Shown piece after piece: positions 26,565 to 34,517 of a stretch of 64,000 nucleotides of DNA (position 1 is its first letter; every line of letters starts with the position of its first letter). The translations under genes and the position numbers were made by a program. The notes below the pieces were generated by a model that was given only the letters and a program-made list of their open reading frames with translations, did not search any database and had not been told where the DNA came from. The stretch is from Acidobacteriota bacterium (lineage in GTDB: Bacteria > Acidobacteriota > UBA6911 > RPQK01 > JADFOI01), in the NCBI GenBank assembly GCA_022562935.1, contig JADFOI010000002.1:10527-74526 (forward strand), read 5' to 3'.

Positions 26565-27168
26565 AATGATGGCCCGGAGGCACCTGCAACTGATTCTCTT
26601 TCTGCTTTTCGCTCCCGCGGTGCAGGACTGGGCACCGGCCAGGGCGCAATTGGTCCCGCCCCCCCTGCGAATTTATATTCCTTTTGAAGTAGCTTGGGAC
26701 GGCATGGTCGAGACCCTCGAGAAAAATGAGTTTGAGTTGCTCCGTCAAAATCGAGGTCAGGGATTCATCCTGAGCAGCCTTCGTGAGCATAGCTCAGGGC
26801 TCTTAACTGAAAGTCAGATCAGCAAAATCGGTGAGAAGCCAAAGCTGATCGATGGCGACTGGGTTCGCGTACGATATCAATACGAAATCCGTGTAGAGCT
26901 GATTGCCGACCGGGAGACAGTCGTTACAGTGGATGCAAACATCCAAGCTCTAAAGCGCGAGTACCTGGGAAAGGAAACCTGGATCGAGATTCAGACCATC
27001 GGAAAACTGGAAGAGACGCTCTTGACCCAGTTCGGGCAGCACCTTTTCGGAGATGCCTTTAGCCTGCAGGAACCGAACAAGGGTTTCTGGGAAAGAGACC
27101 CGACCTACGCCCCTGGACAGGAAAGACAAGGAGTACCCCGAATCGTAGGCCCTGAGAGATTACCGTGA
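26554..27168 (+). CDS. Hypothetical exported protein
   Basis: The start is taken at MNHPMMARRHLQLILFLLFAPAVQDWAPARA|Q (signal peptide). I recognise no family. The upstream part of the ORF-track frame (26479..) lies inside repeat A. Confidence 0.55.
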   Translation: MNHPMMARRHLQLILFLLFAPAVQDWAPARAQLVPPPLRIYIPFEVAWDGMVETLEKNEFELLRQNRGQGFILSSLREHSSGLLTESQISKIGEKPKLIDGDWVRVRYQYEIRVELIADRETVVTVDANIQALKREYLGKETWIEIQTIGKLEETLLTQFGQHLFGDAFSLQEPNKGFWERDPTYAPGQERQGVPRIVGPERLP

Positions 27169-27198
27169 CCCACCACGAATGTCCCTTGATCTGATGAA

Positions 27199-27861
27199 AT
27201 GAATGAGCGAACGCTAGAAATTCTTGACCAGTCGCTGGAATACTCGCTGTGGGCCTTTCTCTTTGTTTTTCTTGCCAGTCTCTGCTTCATCGCCCTGCGA
27301 CTCAAGGCACGCAAACAAGGACTGGCCGATTATCTTCGTGACGAATTCGAAAGGCGATATGAACAAGAGATAGTGGGGGAAAATCTGGGAGAGGTTCTGG
27401 ATGGAGCCGTGCCCCTGTCCAATCGAGTGCGGATGGCCACAAAGGCGCTGATCCTTTCCGTTGCGCTGGCCTTTGTATGTTTTCTGTTGGCCGGCTTTAC
27501 TCCTCTCTCCTTTTTCGGAAATTTCGCCACTGAACCCACCCGGGAAACTGGGCCATTGAGATTGACTTTGCTGACCTACGAGCGCTTTTACGAGGGCTTC
27601 TCTTTGGAGGGAGAAGTTTGGAATCAAACTCAAGAGCCGATGGGAGGGTTAAAGGCCCTTGTTTCCATCTGGAAGTCGGAGCACGAGCTTCTGGATGAGG
27701 TCTCGGTTCAGATCAAGCCCGATCCTCTCCCCGCTCTCTCGGCTGGGACCTTCAGCCTCCGTTACACCGAAAATTCACCTTTCTTGTACGGCTACCAAGT
27801 CACCTTTGCAAACGACCAGGATATGGAAGTTCCCCACGTCGAAGGATTTGATGTTGAGTAA
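27199..27861 (+). CDS. Hypothetical membrane protein (2 TM) with C-terminal beta-rich domain (DUF3426/FxLYD-like)
   Basis: 220 aa with TM helices WAFLFVFLASLCFIAL and ALILSVALAFVCFLLAGF. The C-terminal ~100 aa read LEGEVWNQTQEPMGGLKALVSIWKSEHELLDEVSVQIKPDPLPALSAGTFSLRYTENSPFLYGYQVTF. The domain assignment is from memory only. Confidence 0.45.
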   Translation: MNERTLEILDQSLEYSLWAFLFVFLASLCFIALRLKARKQGLADYLRDEFERRYEQEIVGENLGEVLDGAVPLSNRVRMATKALILSVALAFVCFLLAGFTPLSFFGNFATEPTRETGPLRLTLLTYERFYEGFSLEGEVWNQTQEPMGGLKALVSIWKSEHELLDEVSVQIKPDPLPALSAGTFSLRYTENSPFLYGYQVTFANDQDMEVPHVEGFDVE

Positions 27862-29617
27862 ATCCTTTCGCCTGGATCCCCGCAAACGGCAACTCTTAAC
27901 CCTGATTCCTTATCTCAAGAAGTACCAAGCAAGGGTCATCATTGGGGCAACCATGGTGCTCCTAACCAATATCGTTGCCGTCGTTTCGCCTTGGATTTTA
28001 CGTAACGCCATCGATCAGCTCTATCTGGAAATCAGCCGCGATATTCTTCTTTATTATGCGGTACTCCTGATCGCAGCCAGCGTGGTGGAAGGGCTCTTCC
28101 GTTTCCTGATGCGGCGAATCCTGATCGGCGTCTCCAGAAACATTGAATACGATCTTCGCAACGACCTGTTTTCCCATCTTCAATCCCTTTCCCCCAGCTT
28201 TTACCAACGCAACCCCACCGGTGACATCATGTCTCGGGCCACCAATGACCTCAGTGCTGTTCGCATGGTGCTCGGACCCGGAATCATGTACTCCATAAAC
28301 ACCCTTTTTACGGCTGTTTTGACCATCAGCATTCTCGTGACCATCAACCTGCAGCTGGCCATCCTCACCCTGCTTCCTCTCTTGGCTGTGAGTGTCTGTG
28401 TGAAGTATTTCGGCAAACAAATCCATAAACGATTCGAGAGGATCCAGGAACAGTTTGCGACGCTCACAACTTTAGCCCAGGAAAATGTCTCGGGAATTCG
28501 TGTGGTCAAGGCATACAACCAGGAGGAAGCATTCATTGGACGTTTCCAGGAGGCTAATAAGGACTACGTCGACAGAAGCCTTTCCTTAGTCAGGGTTTGG
28601 GGAGTCTTTAACCCGCTGTTGACCCTTCTGCTGGGCCTCTCCTCGGTGGGGCTGCTCTGGTATGGAGGGCGTCAGGTCATTCAGGGCTCTATGACGGTGG
28701 GCGAGTTCGTTGCTTTTATGGCTTACCTCAGCATGCTCACCTGGCCCACCATCGCTCTCGGATGGGTGATCAACATCTTTGAACGTGGCTCAGCTTCCAT
28801 GGGTCGAATGAATCAGATCTTTCAGTCAAGGCCGGAAATCAGGGATGAGCGCCCGAGCACCCTCTCAACACTCGAGGGCCACATTCAGGTGAAAAACCTT
28901 ACTTTTTCCTATAACGGAGCGCCTGTCCTCAAAAACGTGAGCTTTGAAATTCCTTCAGGTCAGACGTTGGCCATCGTGGGGAGGACGGGAAGTGGAAAAT
29001 CAACGTTGGTGAACCTGCTGTGTCGCTTGTATCAAGTTCCCGCAGCGGGCATCTTCATCGACGGCAACGACATCAACGATATTCCCCTGGAGACACTGCG
29101 AACCCATATTGGCTACGTTCCTCAGGAAACTTTTCTCTTCTCGGAGACCGTCCAGCAGAACATCGCTTTTGGGAGACCTGAAGCGAGTCCTCAGTCCATC
29201 CAGGAGAGCGCGAAAATCAGCAACATTTGGCCCGATATACAAGAGTTTCCCCGTAAGTTCGAGACCTTCGTAGGGGAGCGCGGGATTACCTTGTCGGGAG
29301 GCCAAAAGCAGCGAATTGCCATTAGCCGGGCGCTTCTGGTGAATCCCCGAATTCTCATTCTCGATGACGCCCTTTCCAGCGTCGACACCGAGACCGAGGA
29401 ACGAATTCTTCAGGGGCTTTCCGGAGAATTCTCAAATCGGACCGTCATCTTGATTTCCCATCGGATCTCGACGGTCAGAATGGCCGATCAAATTCTGGTC
29501 CTGGAGAAGGGAGAAATCGTAGAACGGGGAACCCACGACGATCTCCTGAAAACAGAAGGACACTACGCCACCCTCTATGAGAGGCAACTGCTGAAGAAAG
29601 AACTGGGCATGGAATGA
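27851..29617 (+). CDS. ABC exporter half-transporter (TMD-NBD), degenerate-site subunit
   Basis: The start is at MLSKSFRLDPRKRQ (ATG 27851, overlapping the upstream gene by 11 nt). It has 6 TM, Walker A GRTGSGKST and signature LSGGQKQR. Walker B reads ILILDDA, with Asp in place of the catalytic Glu. Confidence 0.88.
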   Translation: MLSKSFRLDPRKRQLLTLIPYLKKYQARVIIGATMVLLTNIVAVVSPWILRNAIDQLYLEISRDILLYYAVLLIAASVVEGLFRFLMRRILIGVSRNIEYDLRNDLFSHLQSLSPSFYQRNPTGDIMSRATNDLSAVRMVLGPGIMYSINTLFTAVLTISILVTINLQLAILTLLPLLAVSVCVKYFGKQIHKRFERIQEQFATLTTLAQENVSGIRVVKAYNQEEAFIGRFQEANKDYVDRSLSLVRVWGVFNPLLTLLLGLSSVGLLWYGGRQVIQGSMTVGEFVAFMAYLSMLTWPTIALGWVINIFERGSASMGRMNQIFQSRPEIRDERPSTLSTLEGHIQVKNLTFSYNGAPVLKNVSFEIPSGQTLAIVGRTGSGKSTLVNLLCRLYQVPAAGIFIDGNDINDIPLETLRTHIGYVPQETFLFSETVQQNIAFGRPEASPQSIQESAKISNIWPDIQEFPRKFETFVGERGITLSGGQKQRIAISRALLVNPRILILDDALSSVDTETEERILQGLSGEFSNRTVILISHRISTVRMADQILVLEKGEIVERGTHDDLLKTEGHYATLYERQLLKKELGME

Positions 29618-31464
29618 ATCACTACCACGAAGAAGAAATCCTGGGGAAAGCGTATGACAGCCGGTTGGCACGGCGTTTGCTGAAGTATCTGCGCCCCTAT
29701 CGCCTTGTGGTGGCGATCTCTATCCTGCTGCTCATCATTGTCTCCGGATTACGGCTGGTGGGACCCTATCTTACCCTGGTGGCCATTGACCGATACATCA
29801 TGACCGGAGATTCCACTGGCCTTACCCCCATCGCCCTGCTTTTCCTGCTCGTTCTCCTCTTTCAGTTCGTCGTTGGGTTCGTCCAGACCTACCTCATGCA
29901 TTGGATGGGACAGAAGATCATGTACGACCTTCGCATGGAGATCTTTACTCACGTCCAGAGACTGCACATGGGATACTTTGACCGAAATCCAGTCGGTCGT
30001 CTGATCACTCGAATCACCAACGACGTGGACGTCCTCAATGAGCTTTTCACCGCGGGCGTCATCAGCATCTTCGGCGACATCTTCACCCTGGCCGGCATCG
30101 TGCTCGTCATGCTCTGGCTGGATTGGAAACTGGCGCTGGTGTGCTTTTCCGTTGTACCTCTTCTGTTTGTTGTCACCATGATTTTCAAGATCAAAGTGCG
30201 CGGATCCTACCGTTGGGTACGCCGCAGTGTGGCTAAGATCAATGCCTTCCTTCAAGAGAACATTACGGGGATGTCTGTGGTTCAGATTTTTGTTCAGGAG
30301 AAGCGCAAACTCCACCAGTTCGATGAGAGGAACTTCGAGTATCTCCAGGCCAATCTCCTATCCATTTCCTACTACGCGGTCTTTTATCCGGTGGTCAACA
30401 TGCTCGGGGTGGTTGCCGTCGCCCTGATCCTCTGGTACGGAGGAAATCAGGTTCTTGGGGCAACTCTGACTCTGGGCGTCCTGGTGGCTTTCATCCAGTA
30501 TTCAGAACGCTTCTATAAACCCATCAGTGATCTCAGCGAGAAGTTCACCATCCTGCAAAGTGCCATGGCAAGTTCCGAGCGTATCTTCGCACTTCTGGAT
30601 ACCCAACCGGAGGTCGTCCCTCCTTCCCACCCGCTCAGGCCCGCAAAGATAGAAGGAAGAATCGAATTCAAGAATGTTTCCTTCGCCTACAACGAGGACA
30701 CCCCGGTCTTGAAGAATATCGACCTGAGAGTGACCCCGGGAGAGAAGGTGGCCATTGTCGGAGCCACAGGAGCCGGAAAATCCACCCTCATCAATCTGCT
30801 ATGCCGATTCTACGACGTCCAGGAAGGAGAAATCCGCCTGGACGGAATTCCTATTCAAGATCTGGACCTGGGCCTTTTGCGTCAGTCGATCTCCGTTGTG
30901 CTTCAGGATACCTTTCTCTTCAGGGGTAGCATCGAAGAAAACATCAGTCTGTGGGGGAGACCCCTCAGACAGCAGGAAGTGGAAAGAGCCGCCCGGCAGG
31001 TCCACGCACATGAATTCATTCAAGCTCTTGCAGGAGGATATACCACGCCCGTGGCGGAGAGAGGGGCTGGTCTCTCGGTGGGTCAAAAACAGCTCTTGGC
31101 TTTCGCACGCGCGCTGGCCCATGATCCACAACTGCTGGTGTTAGATGAAGCCACTTCCTCGGTCGACACCGAAACCGAACTCCTGATCCAGGATGCGTTG
31201 GATCAACTCATGAAGGACCGGACCTGTTTGATCATCGCCCACCGGCTCTCCACAATCCAAAACTGCGATCGCATCATTGTTCTGCACAAAGGCGAAATCC
31301 GGGAGGAGGGATCCCATTTCGACCTCCTGAAAAAGCGAGGGATTTACTACAAGCTTTATCAGCTTCAGTACAAGAACCAGTTGGGGCAGGAGACTACAGC
31401 CGGCAGACCGGCTGACAACAGACAACAAACAACAGACACCAGACAATTGACAACTGACAGCTGA
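29614..31464 (+). CDS. ABC exporter half-transporter (TMD-NBD), consensus-site subunit
   Basis: 616 aa, overlapping its partner by 4 nt. It has Walker A GATGAGKST and Walker B LLVLDEAT (canonical Glu), but a degenerate signature LSVGQKQ. This is complementary to the partner's degenerate Walker B. The C-terminal tail ...ADNRQQTTDTRQLTTDS is encoded by a heptamer repeat array. Confidence 0.88.
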   Translation: MNHYHEEEILGKAYDSRLARRLLKYLRPYRLVVAISILLLIIVSGLRLVGPYLTLVAIDRYIMTGDSTGLTPIALLFLLVLLFQFVVGFVQTYLMHWMGQKIMYDLRMEIFTHVQRLHMGYFDRNPVGRLITRITNDVDVLNELFTAGVISIFGDIFTLAGIVLVMLWLDWKLALVCFSVVPLLFVVTMIFKIKVRGSYRWVRRSVAKINAFLQENITGMSVVQIFVQEKRKLHQFDERNFEYLQANLLSISYYAVFYPVVNMLGVVAVALILWYGGNQVLGATLTLGVLVAFIQYSERFYKPISDLSEKFTILQSAMASSERIFALLDTQPEVVPPSHPLRPAKIEGRIEFKNVSFAYNEDTPVLKNIDLRVTPGEKVAIVGATGAGKSTLINLLCRFYDVQEGEIRLDGIPIQDLDLGLLRQSISVVLQDTFLFRGSIEENISLWGRPLRQQEVERAARQVHAHEFIQALAGGYTTPVAERGAGLSVGQKQLLAFARALAHDPQLLVLDEATSSVDTETELLIQDALDQLMKDRTCLIIAHRLSTIQNCDRIIVLHKGEIREEGSHFDLLKKRGIYYKLYQLQYKNQLGQETTAGRPADNRQQTTDTRQLTTDS

Positions 31465-31508
31465 CCGCCAGGAAGAAAAGACTGAGAACTGAGCACGGAG
31501 GACAAACC
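31414..31508. repeat. Degenerate heptamer tandem arrays
   Basis: The first array reads GACAACA GACAACA AACAACA GACACCA GACAATT GACAACT GACAGCT GACCGCC (31414..31469). After an 11-nt spacer comes ACTGAGA ACTGAGC ACGGAGG ACAAACC (31481..31508). The first array overlaps the last 17 codons of the ABC gene. Confidence 0.8.
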
Positions 31509-31558
31509 CGTTCTACTGATCTCTTGACTTTTTTTCCTTTCTGCGCGCGAAGCGCCGT

Positions 31559-31646
31559 CAGCACGACAGCACGACAGCACGACAGCACGACAGCACGACA
31601 GCACGACAGCACGACAGCACGACAGCACGACAGCACGACAGCGCCA
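31559..31646. repeat. Octamer tandem repeat (CAGCACGA) x10 plus one degenerate unit
   Basis: Ten perfect CAGCACGA units span 31559..31638, followed by CAGCGCCA. The array lies between two convergent stop codons (31464 and 31656). Two further units occur at 60653..60668. Confidence 0.9.
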
Positions 31647-31655
31647 CAGCATGAA

Positions 31656-32585
31656 CTAGCGGGGTTTCCCGTGGGTGCTGGGCTCCCCCATGAAGATGTT
31701 CTTGATTCGGGCTAGCGGTTCTGAGAGCTGTTTGTACACCTCGGGCCTTCGGTTCATGAGCCTGGGTCTTCTGTTTCTGAGCTCCCGGATCTTCTCCAAA
31801 TCGAGATCTGCATACAGAATGTCGTCCTGGTCCTCACTCGCCGGACCTGCGATGAGCTGTCCGGTGGGATCGATGGCGATGCTTTTCCCGCGATAGACCA
31901 TATCCCCCTCCGGGCCCACCCGATTGACCTTCATCACATAGGTTGTGAAGTAATAGGCGCAGCACCTGGCTTCGAAGAGCCACTGTTCCTTATAAAACTC
32001 TCCGCTGGGTCTGGACATGGCATAGGGAGAGAACACGAATTCGACCCCTTTCATCTCCAAAAGTCTCCACAATTCGGGGAACTCGTTGTCCCAGCAGATA
32101 AGAACTCCTATCTTACCGATCTCCGTGTCGAAAATCGGCACATCGTTCCCACCCACGTAGTAGAATTTTTCGTAGGAGGAGATATGCCGTTTTTCCCCAT
32201 TGGTTTCATCCTCGAGGGTGTAGTCAAAAAGGGGGATATGGATTTTTCTATAAACACCCAGTATCTTGCCATCCGGAGAAATTAAAGGAGCACTGTTGAA
32301 GTAGAGGTTGGGCACTGCCTCTTCGTAGATGGGAGCGATAATATAGACGCCATGATGCTTGGCGATACGAGCCATCCTCTCGGTAGTGGGCCCCGGTATC
32401 CTCTCTGCCAGATCGAAGAAGCTGTAGTCGAATTGGCTGGGAAAATACCTGGTGGTGAAGAGTTCCTGAAGGCATACCAGTTGGGGTTGATGTTGCTTCA
32501 CAGCGGAGCTGATGAGCTCTTCCGCCTTGCTGAGGTTTTGTTCCTTGGACTCTTCACAGGAGAACTGAATTCCAGTCACTCTCAT
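31656..32585 (-). CDS. Carbon-nitrogen hydrolase family protein (nitrilase superfamily amidase)
   Basis: The Glu-Lys-Cys triad context is LVCLQELF, GVYRKIHIP and GVLICWDNEFPE. The start is taken at MRVTGIQF (32585), with an alternative ATG at 32606. The ORF-track start 32735 would overlap the divergent M14 gene. Confidence 0.8.
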   Translation of the reverse strand: MRVTGIQFSCEESKEQNLSKAEELISSAVKQHQPQLVCLQELFTTRYFPSQFDYSFFDLAERIPGPTTERMARIAKHHGVYIIAPIYEEAVPNLYFNSAPLISPDGKILGVYRKIHIPLFDYTLEDETNGEKRHISSYEKFYYVGGNDVPIFDTEIGKIGVLICWDNEFPELWRLLEMKGVEFVFSPYAMSRPSGEFYKEQWLFEARCCAYYFTTYVMKVNRVGPEGDMVYRGKSIAIDPTGQLIAGPASEDQDDILYADLDLEKIRELRNRRPRLMNRRPEVYKQLSEPLARIKNIFMGEPSTHGKPR

Positions 32586-32698
32586 ATCGTTTCTCTGTTT
32601 TAACATATGCTTGTGGCCGGCGCCACTGGGGCGAGATTGCCGGAATTTGGGACAGTCCCCAAATTCCATCTCTAATCTCGCCCTTGAGATGAGAGAAC

Positions 32699-33727
32699 AT
32701 GCAGGAACTGTTTGATTCCATAATCGCTGCTTCATCCTCTCTTCCGGAAGGAGAGAGGATTGGCCACTCGCGGGAGGGCAGGCCGATTACCGCCTATCGT
32801 TTCGGCCAGGGAACCTGCCGAATCAGCCTCATCGCCGGATGCCATGCCGATGAGCCGGTCGGCCCTCGTTTGTTGAGGCAGCTGGTGGACTATTTCTCCC
32901 ATCTTCCCCAGGACTCGTCGATTCTGGAAGATTATCAGTGGTGGATTGTTCCCCATGCCAACCCTGACGGAGAAAAAGTCAATCGCTTTTGGTACACAGA
33001 CAGAGATGAACAAATCGATTTGATTTCATATCTCAAGCAGGTCAAACGTGAGCTGCCGGGTGATGACGTAGAGTTTGGGTTTCCCCGTGACCCGGCTGAC
33101 CGGGATGCACGCCCCGAGAACAAGTGTATTGCCGCATGGTGGATGAAGGCTGGTAGCGTTTTTCATCTTCATGTCTCCTTACATGGAATGGCCTTTGCCG
33201 GTGGCCCCTTTTTCTTGATTGAACCCGGCTGGTCGTCCCGCTGTGAAGAGCTGAAAGCTAAATGCAGGCAGGCTGTTGACGCATTGGGATATCGGCTTCA
33301 TGACGTTGAGCGTCAGGGAGAGAAAGGATTCTTTCGACTGGAGAAGGGATTTGCCACTCGTCCCGATTCCAAAGCCATGACCCAGTATTTTCTGGATCGC
33401 CAGGATGAAGTCACTGCCAGTAAGTTTCGCCCCAGTTCCATGGAAACGATTTGCTCCCTGGGTGGTGATCCCCTCACGCTGGTCACTGAAATGCCGCTAT
33501 TTCTTCTCCCCAAAGTGGGCGAGGTACTGGGTCCCCCCGATCCAGAAGCGGAGCGATGGAAAAGTCGTATTGAGAAATGGAAGGTCAATCTCAGATCTGA
33601 ACAAAGTGAGGCCGACCCTGTGATGGAAGAGGCGCTCCGTCAAGGTCTGGCCGCCATGCCCATTCGGGATCAAATGCAGCTCCAATGGGAATTCATCGTG
33701 GCCGGGCTGGAACAAGTACAAAGGTGA
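32699..33727 (+). CDS. M14-family zinc carboxypeptidase-like protein
   Basis: 342 aa with GHSREGRPITAYRFG...ISLIAGCHADEPVG (HxxE zinc motif), ...VPHANPDGE and ...HLHVSLHGM. Confidence 0.7.
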   Translation: MQELFDSIIAASSSLPEGERIGHSREGRPITAYRFGQGTCRISLIAGCHADEPVGPRLLRQLVDYFSHLPQDSSILEDYQWWIVPHANPDGEKVNRFWYTDRDEQIDLISYLKQVKRELPGDDVEFGFPRDPADRDARPENKCIAAWWMKAGSVFHLHVSLHGMAFAGGPFFLIEPGWSSRCEELKAKCRQAVDALGYRLHDVERQGEKGFFRLEKGFATRPDSKAMTQYFLDRQDEVTASKFRPSSMETICSLGGDPLTLVTEMPLFLLPKVGEVLGPPDPEAERWKSRIEKWKVNLRSEQSEADPVMEEALRQGLAAMPIRDQMQLQWEFIVAGLEQVQR

Positions 33728-33790
33728 ATCCCGCAGGTGCCATTCGCCACACGCTTACTTCTGCAGACCCCTGTGGTAACATTACAGGCA

Positions 33791-33846
33791 GGATTATTCA
33801 TAGGTTCTCGAACCGGCGAAAACGGCGGCAGGGCGAATGATTCAAC
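33791..33846. repeat. Fragment of the inverted-repeat-bounded repeat family
   Basis: GGATTATTCATAGGTTCTCGAACCGG...GGGCGAATGATTCAAC. The left part matches the copy B end (GGGATTATTCATAGGTACTCG). The right part contains the ATG (33837) of the PilZ gene. Confidence 0.45.
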
Positions 33847-34517
33847 AAAACACCGCTGACCTGGGTCGTTACCCGCAGGAAGGCTCGGCGATATCCATTC
33901 AAGGAGAGTCCAAGCAGGCTCTCGCCGCTACAGTCGTCACCAGCTCTCCAGCTGAAATCTGGCTGGAGCTTGCCCGACCCACCTCTCAGAAACTCTTTCA
34001 AGAGGGAGAAGGAGTTCGAATCAAATACTGGGATGAGGAGGCTGTTGTCTATTATTGGGATGCCAAAGTTATCAACATCACTCCCTCCGGCAAGCGGCAC
34101 GTGGCCATCTCCATCCACGACAAAGGGGTGACCGTACAGAGAAGGAAATCTCCTCGGGTGAGTGTGCACATTCCTTTCTGGTTCACGGTCATTGACGCTG
34201 CAGACTCGAAACTCATCGGCGAGAGAGTCGTCGATTCCCGAACCGAAAATATCAGCGTAAGCGGATTGTTATTTAAAACACATCTTCTTTTGCAAGCGGG
34301 GGATAAATTGGAAATGCACCTTCACGTTCCCCCTTCCCATCCCCTGAATGCTGTCGGATGGGTCGTTCGATCTAACCCATTTGAACTCGACGGAAAACCT
34401 CTCAAGTTGGTTGCTCTGGAGTTTCTTCAGATGGACGAGGAGGAGCAATGCCACCTCCTGGAGTTTCTGCTTCAATCCCAGAGTCATCAGACCACAGTGA
34501 AAAATGGACCAGGATGA
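33837..34517 (+). CDS. PilZ-domain protein (YcgR-like two-domain c-di-GMP receptor)
   Basis: 226 aa. The C-terminal half carries both PilZ signatures, RRKSPR (RxxxR) and ENISVSG (D/NxSxxG). The N-terminal ~100 aa are a beta-rich PilZN-like domain. Confidence 0.8.
   Translation: MIQQNTADLGRYPQEGSAISIQGESKQALAATVVTSSPAEIWLELARPTSQKLFQEGEGVRIKYWDEEAVVYYWDAKVINITPSGKRHVAISIHDKGVTVQRRKSPRVSVHIPFWFTVIDAADSKLIGERVVDSRTENISVSGLLFKTHLLLQAGDKLEMHLHVPPSHPLNAVGWVVRSNPFELDGKPLKLVALEFLQMDEEEQCHLLEFLLQSQSHQTTVKNGPG

Noticed and set aside
26293-26790. 165-aa minus-strand ORF, and the upstream part of plus ORF 26479
   Set aside because: Both run through repeat copy A. Their translations are Pro/Arg/Gly-rich with no motifs.
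31559-31646. Possible CRISPR array
   Set aside because: The repeats are 8 nt long and directly abutting, with no spacers and no cas genes. This is a simple tandem repeat.
31365-31715. Three overlapping ORFs translating as CCRAVVLS... or TARQHDS... repeats
   Set aside because: They exist only because the (CAGCACGA)n octamer array lacks stop codons in those frames. Because the 8-nt unit is not a multiple of 3, the apparent peptide repeat spans three DNA units, which is not a selected protein repeat.
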